Positions 40,601 through 52,500 of a stretch of DNA of 64,000 bases are shown piece after piece (within the stretch, counting starts at the first letter, position 1; each line of letters begins with the position of its first letter). The notes beneath the pieces were generated by a model, which searched no databases, was not told the DNA's origin, and saw nothing but the letters and a program-made list of their open reading frames with translations. The DNA is from Phoronis australis (Eukaryota > Animalia > Phoronida): the NCBI GenBank assembly GCA_002633005.1, contig NMRA01000762.1, forward strand, positions 1-64,000, given 5' to 3'. A program made the position numbers and the translations under genes.

Positions 40601-40782
40601 TCAAGACACAGTGCTTGCCCAGGTCAACGAAAAGCCTGCGATGGGACTGGGTCAGAAGTCTTGCAAACACAAAGGAAATCCAGCAGTAGTTCTGAAGATA
40701 CACTTTTAAAGCATAAAATACTTACAGCATTTTTTCGCTTGAACTCATTCAACTGCTCCGCAGCTTTGTCCCGACCAGACAT
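28632..40782 (-). CDS. CAT: Monofunctional heme catalase (about 511 aa)
   Basis: Exons (minus): 40782-40726, 40198-40027, 38827-38717, 38485-38355, 38166-37936, 37745-37554, 36587-36435, 35609-35471, 34478-34327, 34027-33863, then terminal exon 28664-28632. A second copy of exons 7-10 lies at 32410-32258, 30908-30770, 29733-29582, 29282-29118. Active-site motif [22 protein letters not shown], heme-ligand motif [15 protein letters not shown]-terminal PTS1-like TKL. Confidence 0.97.
28857..32597. repeat. Copy A of duplicated catalase 3' segment (pairs with 33605-36774)
   Basis: Near-identical exons and introns with scattered SNPs and indels; ends exactly at the N-gap (32598). Confidence 0.95.
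31253..31755. mobile_element. 503-bp MITE present only in catalase copy A
   Basis: Perfect 14-bp TIR GCAGGGCTTGGAAT ... ATTCCAAGCCCTGC. Empty site tagtTTAAgtcac in copy B (about 35945-35957); flanks of the filled site are tgaa / ttaa. Confidence 0.9.
32598..33566. other. Assembly gap (N run)
   Basis: Run of n characters. Confidence 1.
33605..36774. repeat. Copy B of duplicated catalase 3' segment (pairs with 28857-32597)
   Basis: Begins 38 bp after the N-gap and is contiguous with the 5' part of the catalase gene. Confidence 0.95.
38202..38313. other. Assembly gap (N run) within a catalase intron
   Basis: Run of n characters. Confidence 1.
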
Positions 40783-41231
40783 TTTGCACAGCGTCACAAA
40801 ACTGCAACAACAACTAATTAGATAGGTCAAGAGGTCAGTGAGCAGATTCGCGCAAAACGATGAAGGTTGACTTTGGTTGGTTGTTCAATTAATTTCCGTG
40901 GCTTTCCAGTAGAGGGCAATGCTGCTTGGCACCTGTTTACGTAAGTGTCAAATGCTGCTGGCCTCGCGCTGTGGTTGTATGGGGGTAGACAAAACTTGTT
41001 ATAGCCTTGGCAGGCAGTTTGCCTAGGAGAAGAAAAACTCTGATTTAAAACCAGGAGCAGAGGATGCTCCTAAGCAATGGACAGCAGATTCTCTACGAGA
41101 AGGAAACTCGGATAAAAAACCAATGCCGAAGTTGGCCTACACTCATCGGACGCGAAATCAGTGCAATTAACTCGCATACTAAACGTCATCATCATGGTCA
41201 ATATCACAACAGATTTAATCATTTGGCGAAC

Positions 41232-41260
41232 AAGAAGAAGAAGAAGGAGAAGAAGAAGAA
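41232..41260. repeat. (AAG)n microsatellite upstream of the catalase coding start
   Basis: aagaagaagaagaaggagaagaagaagaa. Confidence 0.9.
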
Positions 41261-41889
41261 TACCGCTCGGAAGAATGCATCACAAACTCTACCGAAAATC
41301 TACCGTTGAAAATCAGAAAAAAACACTTAAGAAAAACTATAGTTTCAAGCAGATGCATGCTAACTTACTTGTCTTCTCATTACTATATACAGTCATCACC
41401 TTATAACCAGGGCTAAAATGAGAAAATTACTGTTGAGTGAGCTGGTAAATTTACAGTGAATTTTGCCGGCAAAGATGAGAGATTTTTTTACTATTCAGTG
41501 GAAAATTTTTACCTCGTTTTTTGAAAACGCAAAGTCACTCAAACGCGCTAATTTATGTTTCTTCAACTCTTACCGTAAAAACTTCCCTCTTTTATCTAAT
41601 GTATATAAATTTTAAAAAAGCATGGTGTCGGTGCCGGCCCTGTGGAAACAAGAGGAGAACGGCTTACGAAGCCTTCTTAAACTTTCCAAAATAATCCCAA
41701 GGAGTTTTGGAAACTAATTAAAAGTGAACACCTTGCAGAAACTTCTCTTAGTTCAAGAGCTTACTAAATAAAAATGGTTTCTTTGTTTTTGAGAGGTAAT
41801 TGGCAGCACTAGATCATTTCTGCAACGAGTTGGCTAACAATTACCCATCTCATCTTTAACTACCGGAAATATGTGAGACCAGCCAATGG

Positions 41890-42600
41890 CAAGGCTGGGG
41901 TTATGATGAGGTGATGTTGAAATGCTTAAGTGCTCTAAAACATCGCAGAATTTGCGTACACTATGCCTATTTTGGATTAAAGGTGTTATTCCAAAACTGC
42001 CATGTGACGCAGTGTTTCATGTTTTGCACAAACGAGTTAAAAATCAACGGTGAAAATAATTACGGAGGCATTTCCCTGCTGTCTGCTTTCGGAAAACTTT
42101 CTTCTAGTCTTAAATATTCGGCTTTATCCTTTGAGCTGAAAATAACGGTAATTTTGCTTCAAGCTGTTAGAAAGGGATATTCGACGATAGACTCGCTGTT
42201 TTCCCTTCAAACTGTGTCCCATAGATATTTGAGTATAGTTTTTATTGCGCGTTTATTGGCTTCTCCAAAGCATTCGATAGTATTCCTCATAATTTTGCAT
42301 AGATCAGTTTGAAATAAAATGATGCTGACGGAAAAACTTTCAGCATGCTTTATTCAATGTATGACATGAAAGAAGTGGCCACACAAATACTCTTCATGAA
42401 AATAGGTTAGGTTACGTAAGTCATGTAATTTGGGCTGTGTGGAAGACAAAGACCACCTTCTGTTAGTGTCCAGTGCGTAACAAGATCTTCGAGTACGATA
42501 TTTCAATGGTTGTCACATTATTTAAATTTGAATTTCTCATGAGAACTCTAGACATCACATTTCTAATATTTGTCCACCATGCGCTCAAGCGTCACAATTT
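41890..42600 (+). mobile_element. Degraded non-LTR retrotransposon (LINE) ORF2 fragment
   Basis: Broken RT motifs NNYGGISLLSAFGKL, RKGYSTIDSLFSLQ and FI.FSKAFDSIPH (frameshifted), plus the C-terminal motif CNLGCVEDKDHLLLV at about 42424-42470. Confidence 0.75.
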
Positions 42601-43437
42601 ACAGTCTTGTATTTATTATACTTAAGGTTACTGACTATACCAATAGATATGAACTCCAATAAATCATATTAAAAACATTCAGGAGATTTTTTTAAAAGGA
42701 ATGCGTAGGAATTTTCAGACCATATCGATTTTCAAGAAAAAGAAACAGTCGAACTCCTCGGTAAGATGATCAAACCGTAACATGTGTGTGGCTTGCGCTT
42801 TTGGCGACAACTCTTTGAGCGTCTTGATAGCGTAAATACAGTGGTCTCATGCATATGTAAAATTGGTCAGTTTCGTAACTCGTTAGCAGCGGACTTATCT
42901 TTTCCAAACCGTTCTAATTTTATGTCTGCTTTCATTTTGGAAACAGATACTCCGTGCTTCTGAATCGAGAAATCGCTTATAATGCATGGAAGTTAGCTAC
43001 AGGAAGATTCACCTTCGTTACGACAAAACAGCGAGGCGATTCTGTCTACGTCATCAAAACCAAGTTGGCGTTGTGCTCTTGTTTAAAAGAAGAAAAAATA
43101 AAGGTTTCCAGTTAACATTTTTGCTCTTTAGTTTCTTTCAAGCAGTGAGTAAAAACAACATTCCAAATCACAAGCCGGTGTGTCCGGGAAACTAAATCGC
43201 AAGCTGGTCGAACAGAGATTGGTAGATTGGTCCACCCATTCTTCACTTCTGATAATAAAGATAAAGAAAAGCATTTATCGGTAACCGTCTGATGTGCACA
43301 CGTTGCACGATATCCTTGCGACCTGTACTGTTATATCCAAGAAAGACGCAACAAAGGAAAACAGTTGCGACACTTTTCGGATGGATGTCGCAATTAAATT
43401 AAACAATGCCTTGCAAGCTCCATACGACGTCATTTGG

Positions 43438-43691
43438 CATGCGCGCACACGGAGGAGGGGGGGGGGATGGGGCTCGGGAGGTTCGAACGAGCCCACCATT
43501 TGGCGAAGTGGGTTAAAAGAGAAACAAAAGTCCGAGAAAATGAGACAAAAGTCCACTAAAAAGGCGCAGACGCACAGTTAATGTGGTACCCCGTTTTATT
43601 TAGTCCTCCCGCTTTTTGATTTTTTGTTAGCAAAAGGTCCACTTTGTCAGAAATTCGAGCGCCCCCAGATTGAAGGCTGCGTGAGCGCATG
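43438..43691. mobile_element. MITE with CATG termini and 5-bp TSD (TTTGG)
   Basis: TTTGG|CATGCGCGCAC ... GTGAGCGCATG|TTTGG; internal sequence shared, inverted, with 54887-55135. Confidence 0.85.
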
Positions 43692-46600
43692 TTTGGCATT
43701 TCAGAATAATGCCATTAAAGGGTTGTTAACTATATAACGCAACTGCATTTTAAAGTAAAATGTCGCTCGTGGGTAACTTTCACTGTGACTGTCGTACACC
43801 GTATAAGCGCATACCTAGGCCAACACGACTGTATGTATCTGCACCTATATATGCAATTAGGCACGGGCACCTACATGCAAACAGCTCAGAAATTCAGGAC
43901 ACTCATAGCAGTTCTGTGAAGCCTAACTTATTATTTTCTATTTAACATAAACAAATTACTATGAACACTTGTGGCAAAGGTATACGCAATCATTTGAAGA
44001 AAGCACAATGCTGAACAGTCTAAGGCAACTTTCTGATGTCTGCTTATGAAACCGGCCGGACTAACCCCGGGTTTCTCAACCTGAACCTCCGCAGTGACCA
44101 CACGAAGCAACGGTTTAACTCTCCGTGGATCTCTTAAAATCCGCCACTCCAAGTGGCAAAGCTCACCCCACCAAGCAATGACCTCTTGGACTTTATTAAT
44201 TAAAGACAGCCACATTTTCCACCCGGTAGGCTAATAAGGAGTTTGAACAGGATTAGGTAATAGATGCGCGCGCTTGTTTTAATTGTTATTGGGAAGTTTG
44301 TTACGAGAAACAACAGGTCATATTAAAGCTACATTTTCCAAGAGCTCTAGTTAGCTATAGGACGTTGTATATTTCATGAAACTGGAGGAACAGTTCTCAA
44401 CAGAGAAGTAGAACAAAGACGCGTGTCAGTATTGTACTATCCTCTGTGGACTCTACCAGTGTTTATGGTCTATCATGTTATACTCTATGTTTAAACCATG
44501 TTTCTGTACTAGAGAACTCTCTCCCTCTTTTTCCGGTCTGAGCCATATTGGAATAAACCACTGTTCCTAGTCAATCTGCGTTTATCTAGGGTATACTATA
44601 ACCATCCATAATATAACACTCGGAGAGCAATGAGTTGATCACGTACTTAAAGCTACACTTCGCCCTGTTTAACCGAATGAAAACGGAAATCGAATGAGGT
44701 CTCTTTCTCCTAAAAATTAGACTCGTAATACTCCTTACCACGATAGAATTCTATTTTCATTACCAACTCAAGATCCTGCCAATAGTTTTGTATGGGCTCA
44801 ATTTTGTAATTCGCAATTTAGGGGTTGGCCAACTTCAATAAAATTTGAAGCGTTTTCTCGAGTCGCGGATGGTTTATATTTTCTTGTTGGTATCTGAAAT
44901 GGAATCCTGTCACGCAAAGCATACTATGTGACTGGTTTTACGAGAGTAGAAAGCCTAATTCCATTTTCGATTTAAGTCAACCAAACAAGCCGGGGGAACC
45001 ACCTCCTCGCTCCCTGTCTCAATACTCTGCATCTCTCCAAACAGTTGTCCCTAAGATTTATTATTTACACGCGTACAAAATAAAATTGCTAGAGCTTTCC
45101 TCACTTATCCTTCACTGAGGCTGTAATTCTCCGTTTTATTCGATCGTGTTTAGTAGAAATCACCAACCATATCCTTGGAATTAGTCTCAAACGAGTTTCA
45201 TTGCAAGACATTAGCTTTGTGCTAACTCCGTCTGTATATATACAGCTCTCCTGCCTTGAGTCCAAGTGGTCTACTCCATTAACACTTCATACCTCTTGCT
45301 AATGGGTCTTACCGCACGCCCTGCAATTAAGCACTTCAACAGAACAACGCATAGTGTTCAATAATTTTTTACGTTGACCTCAACGACACGTTTCAGGGCA
45401 CTAAGAATAACAATTATGTTCGTCTTGACACGGAAGTCGACTGTGTTCAACAAGGTGTCAATAATACGATTGTAATGTAACTGGACCACAAGTAAAATAC
45501 AGCACATGGCGCCAATAAAAAACGGAGCATCCTGACATTTATTCGTAAGCCAACACATGTCATCTAATTATTGATATCCGAACACAGGTAGTTCCAGATG
45601 TAATTCAGTTGGAAAAAGGCATAACATTATCTTGTAATATCGGGCATCAAACAATGTTGAGTGATTATTTCATTTTTTCTGCCTCCCTCACTCGTAAATT
45701 GTCTATAAACTATTTTTGAGCGGGCTCATAAAATGTCGATTTCTTCGACTATGTTGTTTGTCATTTCTTGGTGAGCCGCGTTTTGGACTAGACGGTCGTG
45801 CCACCTAGTGGCAGTCATATTGTAACAAAATGTATCAAGCAGCCACAAGGGATTCACCCGTGCGCGTTCTCATTCTGTGCTATTACCACTATAGAGTACC
45901 CTTTCCTGCATTTCGCCTTGTTTAGTTGGCTAAAAACGAAAATCGAATTAAGAATTTTACTCTAAGAACATCGGTCTTACTATATTCATGGCTGTGATAG
46001 GATTCTACAACATCAAAACCGTCAGCAACTCACGCAAACGCTCCAGTCTCTACGACAGTTTTTCAAAGCAAGTCCAAAGTGATGCATGCGGACTCCCGTG
46101 AGTACCACGTGTTCCAAGTCTAAGCCATGAATCACCTACGTTCAATTTGACTGAAGTTAAAGGTGCTTCAAACCAGATTTCTGTCGCGGACGAACCTAAC
46201 TTTTGATTTAGACCGTTTCCCCTTCGTAAAACTGATCCCAGTTTATTCATTTGTCAGATGAAAAGTAGTTCCTGGACGTTGACAGGCCAGACCTGCCACT
46301 TTCGTATTCCAGTTTGAGACCATCCTGGGACGTAAAATGATCACCTTTGACAAAAAACCAGGGTCTTCAAGTAATAACGAACTCTTTTTTATTTGACCGG
46401 AAATCACCTTTAATCTGAGTAAGGAATAAGTTGAGACCAAATGTACAAAGACGAGATACCTAAATCATAAGTTGACTTTTGACAGAAGGTGCACGTTTGA
46501 ATATTACACCCACCAGATTTTGACTATTTAACGGACAGAGAGTAACACCAACTTTACACATTAATCTTTGAAACAAAGCAATATGCATTGGTCTTTCGCT

Positions 46601-48587
46601 ATTTATTAACAATTTGACAGTTGATAAACGTGTGTCAAGTCGATTAGCGTGACTAACGCTTCGGGCGTGTTACTTTTGGAGAGAGAACCCGCACTGGCAT
46701 CTCGGTTTAGCCACTGAAAATATTTTGTCAGTTCTTGACCACATGGTCATAGAAAGTTAAGAACTAAAACAAGACACTTGTTTTGTTATTTAACTTTCTA
46801 TTGATTCTATTTTGTGACACAGTGTCAACGGTTTTAGCTGAACGATGCTTTCATCCAGGGGAGTGCTAATTATTCAATAGCAGGTGAATGGAGAAATTTT
46901 GGTTAAAATCACCCAAACATGATTTAGAATCTTAAGTATCCTCGCACTGATGGGCAACGATACTTCCTGGATTCTTAAAAGCTTTCTCAACACTACACAT
47001 AATGGAATCTAGCCACCTCCGATGAGGATGATTCTACACCACTTGAAATGACGTGGCTACTTGCCCTGATGGAGAAAAACACTTAAGTCTAAATATTTTT
47101 AACTTTTAAAACATTTTCGCATAATATTATCTATTATATACTCTTGACTAATCTAACGTAATCTTTAAACTATAACACTTCCACAGTGGCGAGTAAGTCG
47201 TCTGGCAATAATACGAGAGATGATGTCGAGTTACGTGTCGTACATGTTTGTGACATTATTGCGGGGGAGGTCCTGTTTACGAGACTTGATCAACCATTGG
47301 TTGGGAGGCGACGACCGGAAGTCGTGGCGGTCGATACATTGCCCGATATAGTAGCTGTCCCGGTGTTGACTATATTTCACAAGTGTGCATTTATCATTAG
47401 AATCAATAATAAACTGATAAATTGTTTGACGGGAAGAAGGAAACTTGTGTCTCGTCATGCCTAATAGATTTCAACAGTCAATTTCATATCAGGCCAACTG
47501 AGAACAATGTTCGTGTTTTGGCTGAGTTGGGTGATGCTTCGAGTTCAGAAGTAATGCTTGCAAAAAGCAATGCTGTATAGGTAATCGGATTCAGTAAGAA
47601 AATGCTCCTCTGTTATTTTTTTGAAAAATAGCAGTATTTTTCTTTGCAAATCAAACGATACTTTGTCAGATACATCAAATACGCCTGGAAACAATTGGAT
47701 TTGCGTCAACAAATAAAAATGAATCCGTTGCCTGCATTCCAATTACTGTATTTTTCTACAACCAGATGAGACGTCTGATCTGTGGTCTGAAAAAAGTTTC
47801 ACGTGATGTCTGATATACCCTTGCATGGGCGGCGCAGCACAGAGAAAAGCCCCCTATGGTGCGTCGCTCATGTCTTATCGTCCGACCTCTAACGGCAGAT
47901 CTGACTTCTAGTCTTAAGAAGGCTACGTTGACCAATAACGTAACTTGTGGTTATAGTCTATGTTCGCCGGTTTTCATGGCTGATCATATACGAGTGCCCA
48001 AAATGTTAACATTTTAATATTTATATTATACTAATTACTCCCAAGGCGGCTTAGTGGACGACTGGTCTGCCTACTCTTCAGACGACCTCCACTTTTTCTC
48101 ATACGATTGCCACATTGTGAACGCCAATCATGTGCGATCACTACAAGCGACTAACTTAATACACTCTTGCATACTACTACGAAAGGTAGTACAGGTGGCG
48201 CTGCCAGAGGGTAGCGAACAACTAGAACCTAATCACAAGTCGCGTCACTGGAATGAATAGCAAGAAGCTAAGCGGCTTTAAACATCTTCATAGGATTCCG
48301 TTTGTTTCTTACCCCTGGACCCGGGGTCTGAATTTTTGTATTCGATGTCGAAAGAGAAATAATTTTTGAAATTCTCCGTTAAACATTCATCGAGATAAAC
48401 CATAATGTACAGGAGCACACATACAGAGTTTGCACAAATGGAGAACGGAAATAGCCAAAGTTTCATTTCGAGTTCAAGGTTAAACTCCGGTCCCTAATTT
48501 TTAAAGACTTTTCTCTGCCATTAATGACAATCACGCTTGTCGTCACTAGGAGCAAATGTTTTCTGAGCTGCATAGAACTCTAAGCTT

Positions 48588-48790
48588 GGGGTCCGCTCCT
48601 ATAAAACTGACTTATCTAAGACAAATCTTAAACGGATTTTAAGATAAAACTTAAGTTTTCTAGACAGACTTAAGTTTTTGGCTTATTTTTGGTCTAAGTT
48701 TGACGTAACTTGCCGTTTGTGGAAGTTTCAACGTTTGGAGGTTGCGACAAACTTAGACTGAAGTCGAAAATGGTTTGTTGGAACGTGTCC
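48588..48790. mobile_element. Same CTTAAG-rich MITE family, copy 2
   Basis: Internal gacttaagtttttggctta...taagtttgac.taactt shared with 21443-21490; degenerate termini. Confidence 0.65.
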
Positions 48791-49535
48791 AACAGCTATA
48801 TGCTCTATTATAAACAATGATTGTGTTAGTTGTGAAAAAATAAACAGTAATAGTTTCACCAGCTGGCACAAAGATGACGAAGTTTTAAATAATTGTTACA
48901 TAATACATGGGACTTTTTTGTTTTAGCGCTGCGGGGACAGCAAATGAACAAAAAGCTGAATTTCACATTTGTTAACAAGTGTGTTTAAAACAAATTGTAA
49001 TACCAAATTTATTATTTTACTGCAAAAATATAAATAAAATGAAGACAAAAGGAAAACCAGCTAATTTTACCACTAGTTCAATGTACACGAAACTTCGGAA
49101 GTTCAGTTGTCGATTATTTTCTTGGCCTTATCATAGAATGATGGGATTCGGATTTGTACAAAATTAATTTAGACTGAATCCTTAAATTAAAAAATTACAA
49201 GTAACATTCAAGCATCTACTTAATCTCCGTTTTCGCACGGATTCCTGTTTCCGTCGCGTTTAAATTCTTTACTCGCGGGCGACAATTCATCAGGCGTAAA
49301 TATGTCAGTTGTTTTTCAGTGAAAAGTCGCGTAGTAACATGTTTGGACGGAAGATGTCACTAGACTTGCACTCCGAAATGACCAATTGAAATGGACTCCA
49401 ACTAGAATTAGAATTCGCATTAAAATTCGAGTATTTATACTGAAAACTTGTTATCAGGTTTTATTCAAGGGTTTCATTGACTGAAGACAGGGCCGCTCAC
49501 TCCCTTGCAAAGTTAGTAAAGAGTAACTGTGTAAA

Positions 49536-52500
49536 ATGGAGTTACGGAGTTTTCATGGATTTAAACCTTCCTTCTCAACGTGTTTTTATATCCTCCAAAT
49601 ACTTCATCAGTTTTTATCCTGCGGTAAGTACAGACATAATATTGTAATCGAATTGAACACTTGTTGTTCATAAATTCTGCGACACAACTAAACGATAACT
49701 AGAAAAGTAGATTCCGCCTTGCCTAGAGAAAGTTTGTGACTGAACTCAGCTCGTATGAGAAAAAAACGATTTAAACAAATTCAAGGTAGTTTCAAGAAAA
49801 TCGTAATCCCCAACAACAATTTTAGGGGTCATTTTACAAAGTTTTACTTCCTAAGAGGATTGTAAATCTTTAATTTCACCAAAAACTAATTGTCGATTTA
49901 TTTGAGAAATTCGATATAAACAACGATAAAAATAAACCTTATATCGATCCCACATTTTGAAAATGCCCGCTTTTTCAGTGGAGAAAACAGGCCCCAAAAT
50001 GCCGGCACGTAGTAGCTAAATATTACCGAAGATATTGACTAATGTTATGTAGGACAACGGAAAATATCTCAATTTGGTTAATTTCGGTGCATTACATCTC
50101 AGAAAAGGCTGATTAGATTCACACAAAACTTTCAGGTACTGTGCATTATACATAATTCTCCAAACCGTTATTAAGAATTGTTTTTAAAATGTTCCGCTTT
50201 TGTATGAGAAACTATCAAAAATAGGACTTTCATGATCTTCGCGAAAAAATGAAATATGAGTAAAACGAAACGCGGTCACGATACCGTCGTTTTGCCATCA
50301 ATGTACCTTCCTTTTACGCTAAATGTTATTGGAAAAGCACGGTCACGTGACCTAATTAATAACATTGTTAAATGCACAGACTTGTTGATAATAATAATAA
50401 GAATTATCCTGAATCGCCTGTTTTTGACGATCTAGTCCGTAGGCGAAATCTCACTTTGTTGACTTGATTGAGTGTAATAATGTTTTATCTTATCTTCAGA
50501 TGCGCGGTTGTTTAAAAGACTTACTCAACAAACCCTGGTGGAAAACACACCACTTCCTCTTGTGATAGACAGTAAGTAAACTGAGCGATATTATTTTATT
50601 TTCACTAGTTCTATAACCAGTGACCGGCTGTGCTGGGAAAACATCTTTCAGCTAATAACTCGACAATATCAATATACTACTGTCAACTATAACATACAAC
50701 CACTCTAACTGTTATTCTTATGAAGAGTAGTGCGCCTAGTTTGGAACACATATTTTTGGGTGTAGCTGTAATCTTGCCTGGGAACAGCGTTATCCAGTAA
50801 TTTGACGTTGTGTGTGTTGGAGGGCTGGGTCAGTAAGTTTATCAAGAACGAAAAGTAGTATTGCGCCTGCCTGTTTCTAGTCAAACGGGTCTGTTCGCAG
50901 TGGCGGATCCAGGATTTTGAGTTCGGGGTTCCAAGGCAGAGTATTAGCCAGGATTTTGCCCGTCGGACAATCGCACCCCCGAACTGCCATATGGAATGAG
51001 GGAGGATTTTAGAGGGGGTGGGTCTATTGCCCCCCCCCCCTAAATCCGCCACTGGTTCGAGCTATTCATCCACATTTACAAGTTGTCAATGAATACAACG
51101 GCACTTTGTTTAATATAGATTGCGTTAAAAGAGCGTTGTCGTTTAGTTCCTACTACCCATAAGCATAGTTAGGAGCATGCAAATACAACTTTCTGAATAT
51201 AAAAGCGTGTTAACATGTAACATCAATTACACATTTTAATTTCCGTAAGAACATGACATTTCTTATAAAATCTTTAAACCAATAGTTGTATGCTCGTCGG
51301 TGCCACGAAAAAATGCGGAAATTTGCTATCTAATCAATTTGGACTGCATCTTGGGGACAATTCAAATCTATGACCAACGTGTTATCACCAACTGAATTTG
51401 CAAAATGCACGCGAAATTTGCCACGTGATCTCCTACTACGTCACAAGAATTGACTGACTGTGACACTATGATCTCTGATTGAGGATCACTCCTAATACAT
51501 TCATATGAACGCCGTCGACGGTGGCTGCGTTATTCGTCTTTATCCGGTCATGGTCGGGTTCTTCCGATAACGAAGTTGTTCACACATTTTCTTTCATTAC
51601 GATTTGCAAAATCCGTCTTTACAGCAGGTTGCGTGTGAGAGTGCGAAAACACTTGTAAACTTCATTATGCGTTACGCATGACTTTTCTGTTAATTTAATT
51701 GCTGTCATCAGATAATAGTGCCAGAGAACCATGCCATAACTACATCGATCATTTCTGCTCGAGTTCGCTGCCCAACACTTAAATAAATGTCTAGGAAATC
51801 CTGTACATTGTGATGTAACGTGTGGGGCCTCCGCACAAAACAACTTCAAAAATGATACTAAAGGCAACTGGCTGCTTAGAATTGTAAACTGGACCATGTT
51901 CCAAAATGCGATTTATTACTTGCCATTTTCTGCTATAAGCCGAAGACACGGTGCCGTTCGTGGTTTGCGTGATGTCCAAATACCTCCATTTCCGAGAACT
52001 GAAATTTCTAAAGACTAAAAGTTCGATGGAATAAAAGTCCGATATGCTCACTAGTTGATATGCAACCCTTCGCATTGCAAATCTGCAGGTACTCGAAAAC
52101 AAGGGGAGATAACCAAACGATTTTCGAAAATAGTCTAATTTGGTACAGCCTATCAAAAATTACTTAAAATGGCAAAAATGCATCCTCGGACTTAACTGGC
52201 CTTTAAGACAAAATGTCAGGTTTTTGAAAGGCATGAGTTTTAGCTAGGAGGTGACCACGTAGTACCCCAAGCTCCGCCCGATCCCCCTCAGTGACACTAC
52301 TGTCATTCTTCAGTAACCTTAACCCCACACCAAACTCTTTAATGCTATGGTTATTTTCCAAAGAAAGGCCTTCTTCTGCTGGGATGAGAAGCAGAACAGA
52401 TTGTTTTCATGTTGCGTCACTTTTTTGGTTTATCTTGCAAACCTATTGGTAACTATATGACATCACTTTGTTATCAATTGGCTAGTTACCTGGGTAGAAG

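Noticed and set aside
46050-47464. Short ORFs between catalase and neurotrophin as a possible extra gene
   Set aside because: No recognisable domain or consistent splice chain could be built by eye; likely repeat-derived or non-coding.
48921-48941. RE1/NRSE-like site upstream of the neurotrophin (TTTAGCGCTGCGGGGACAGC)
   Set aside because: Half-site spacing and several core bases deviate from TTCAGCACCNNGGACAG; not supportable.
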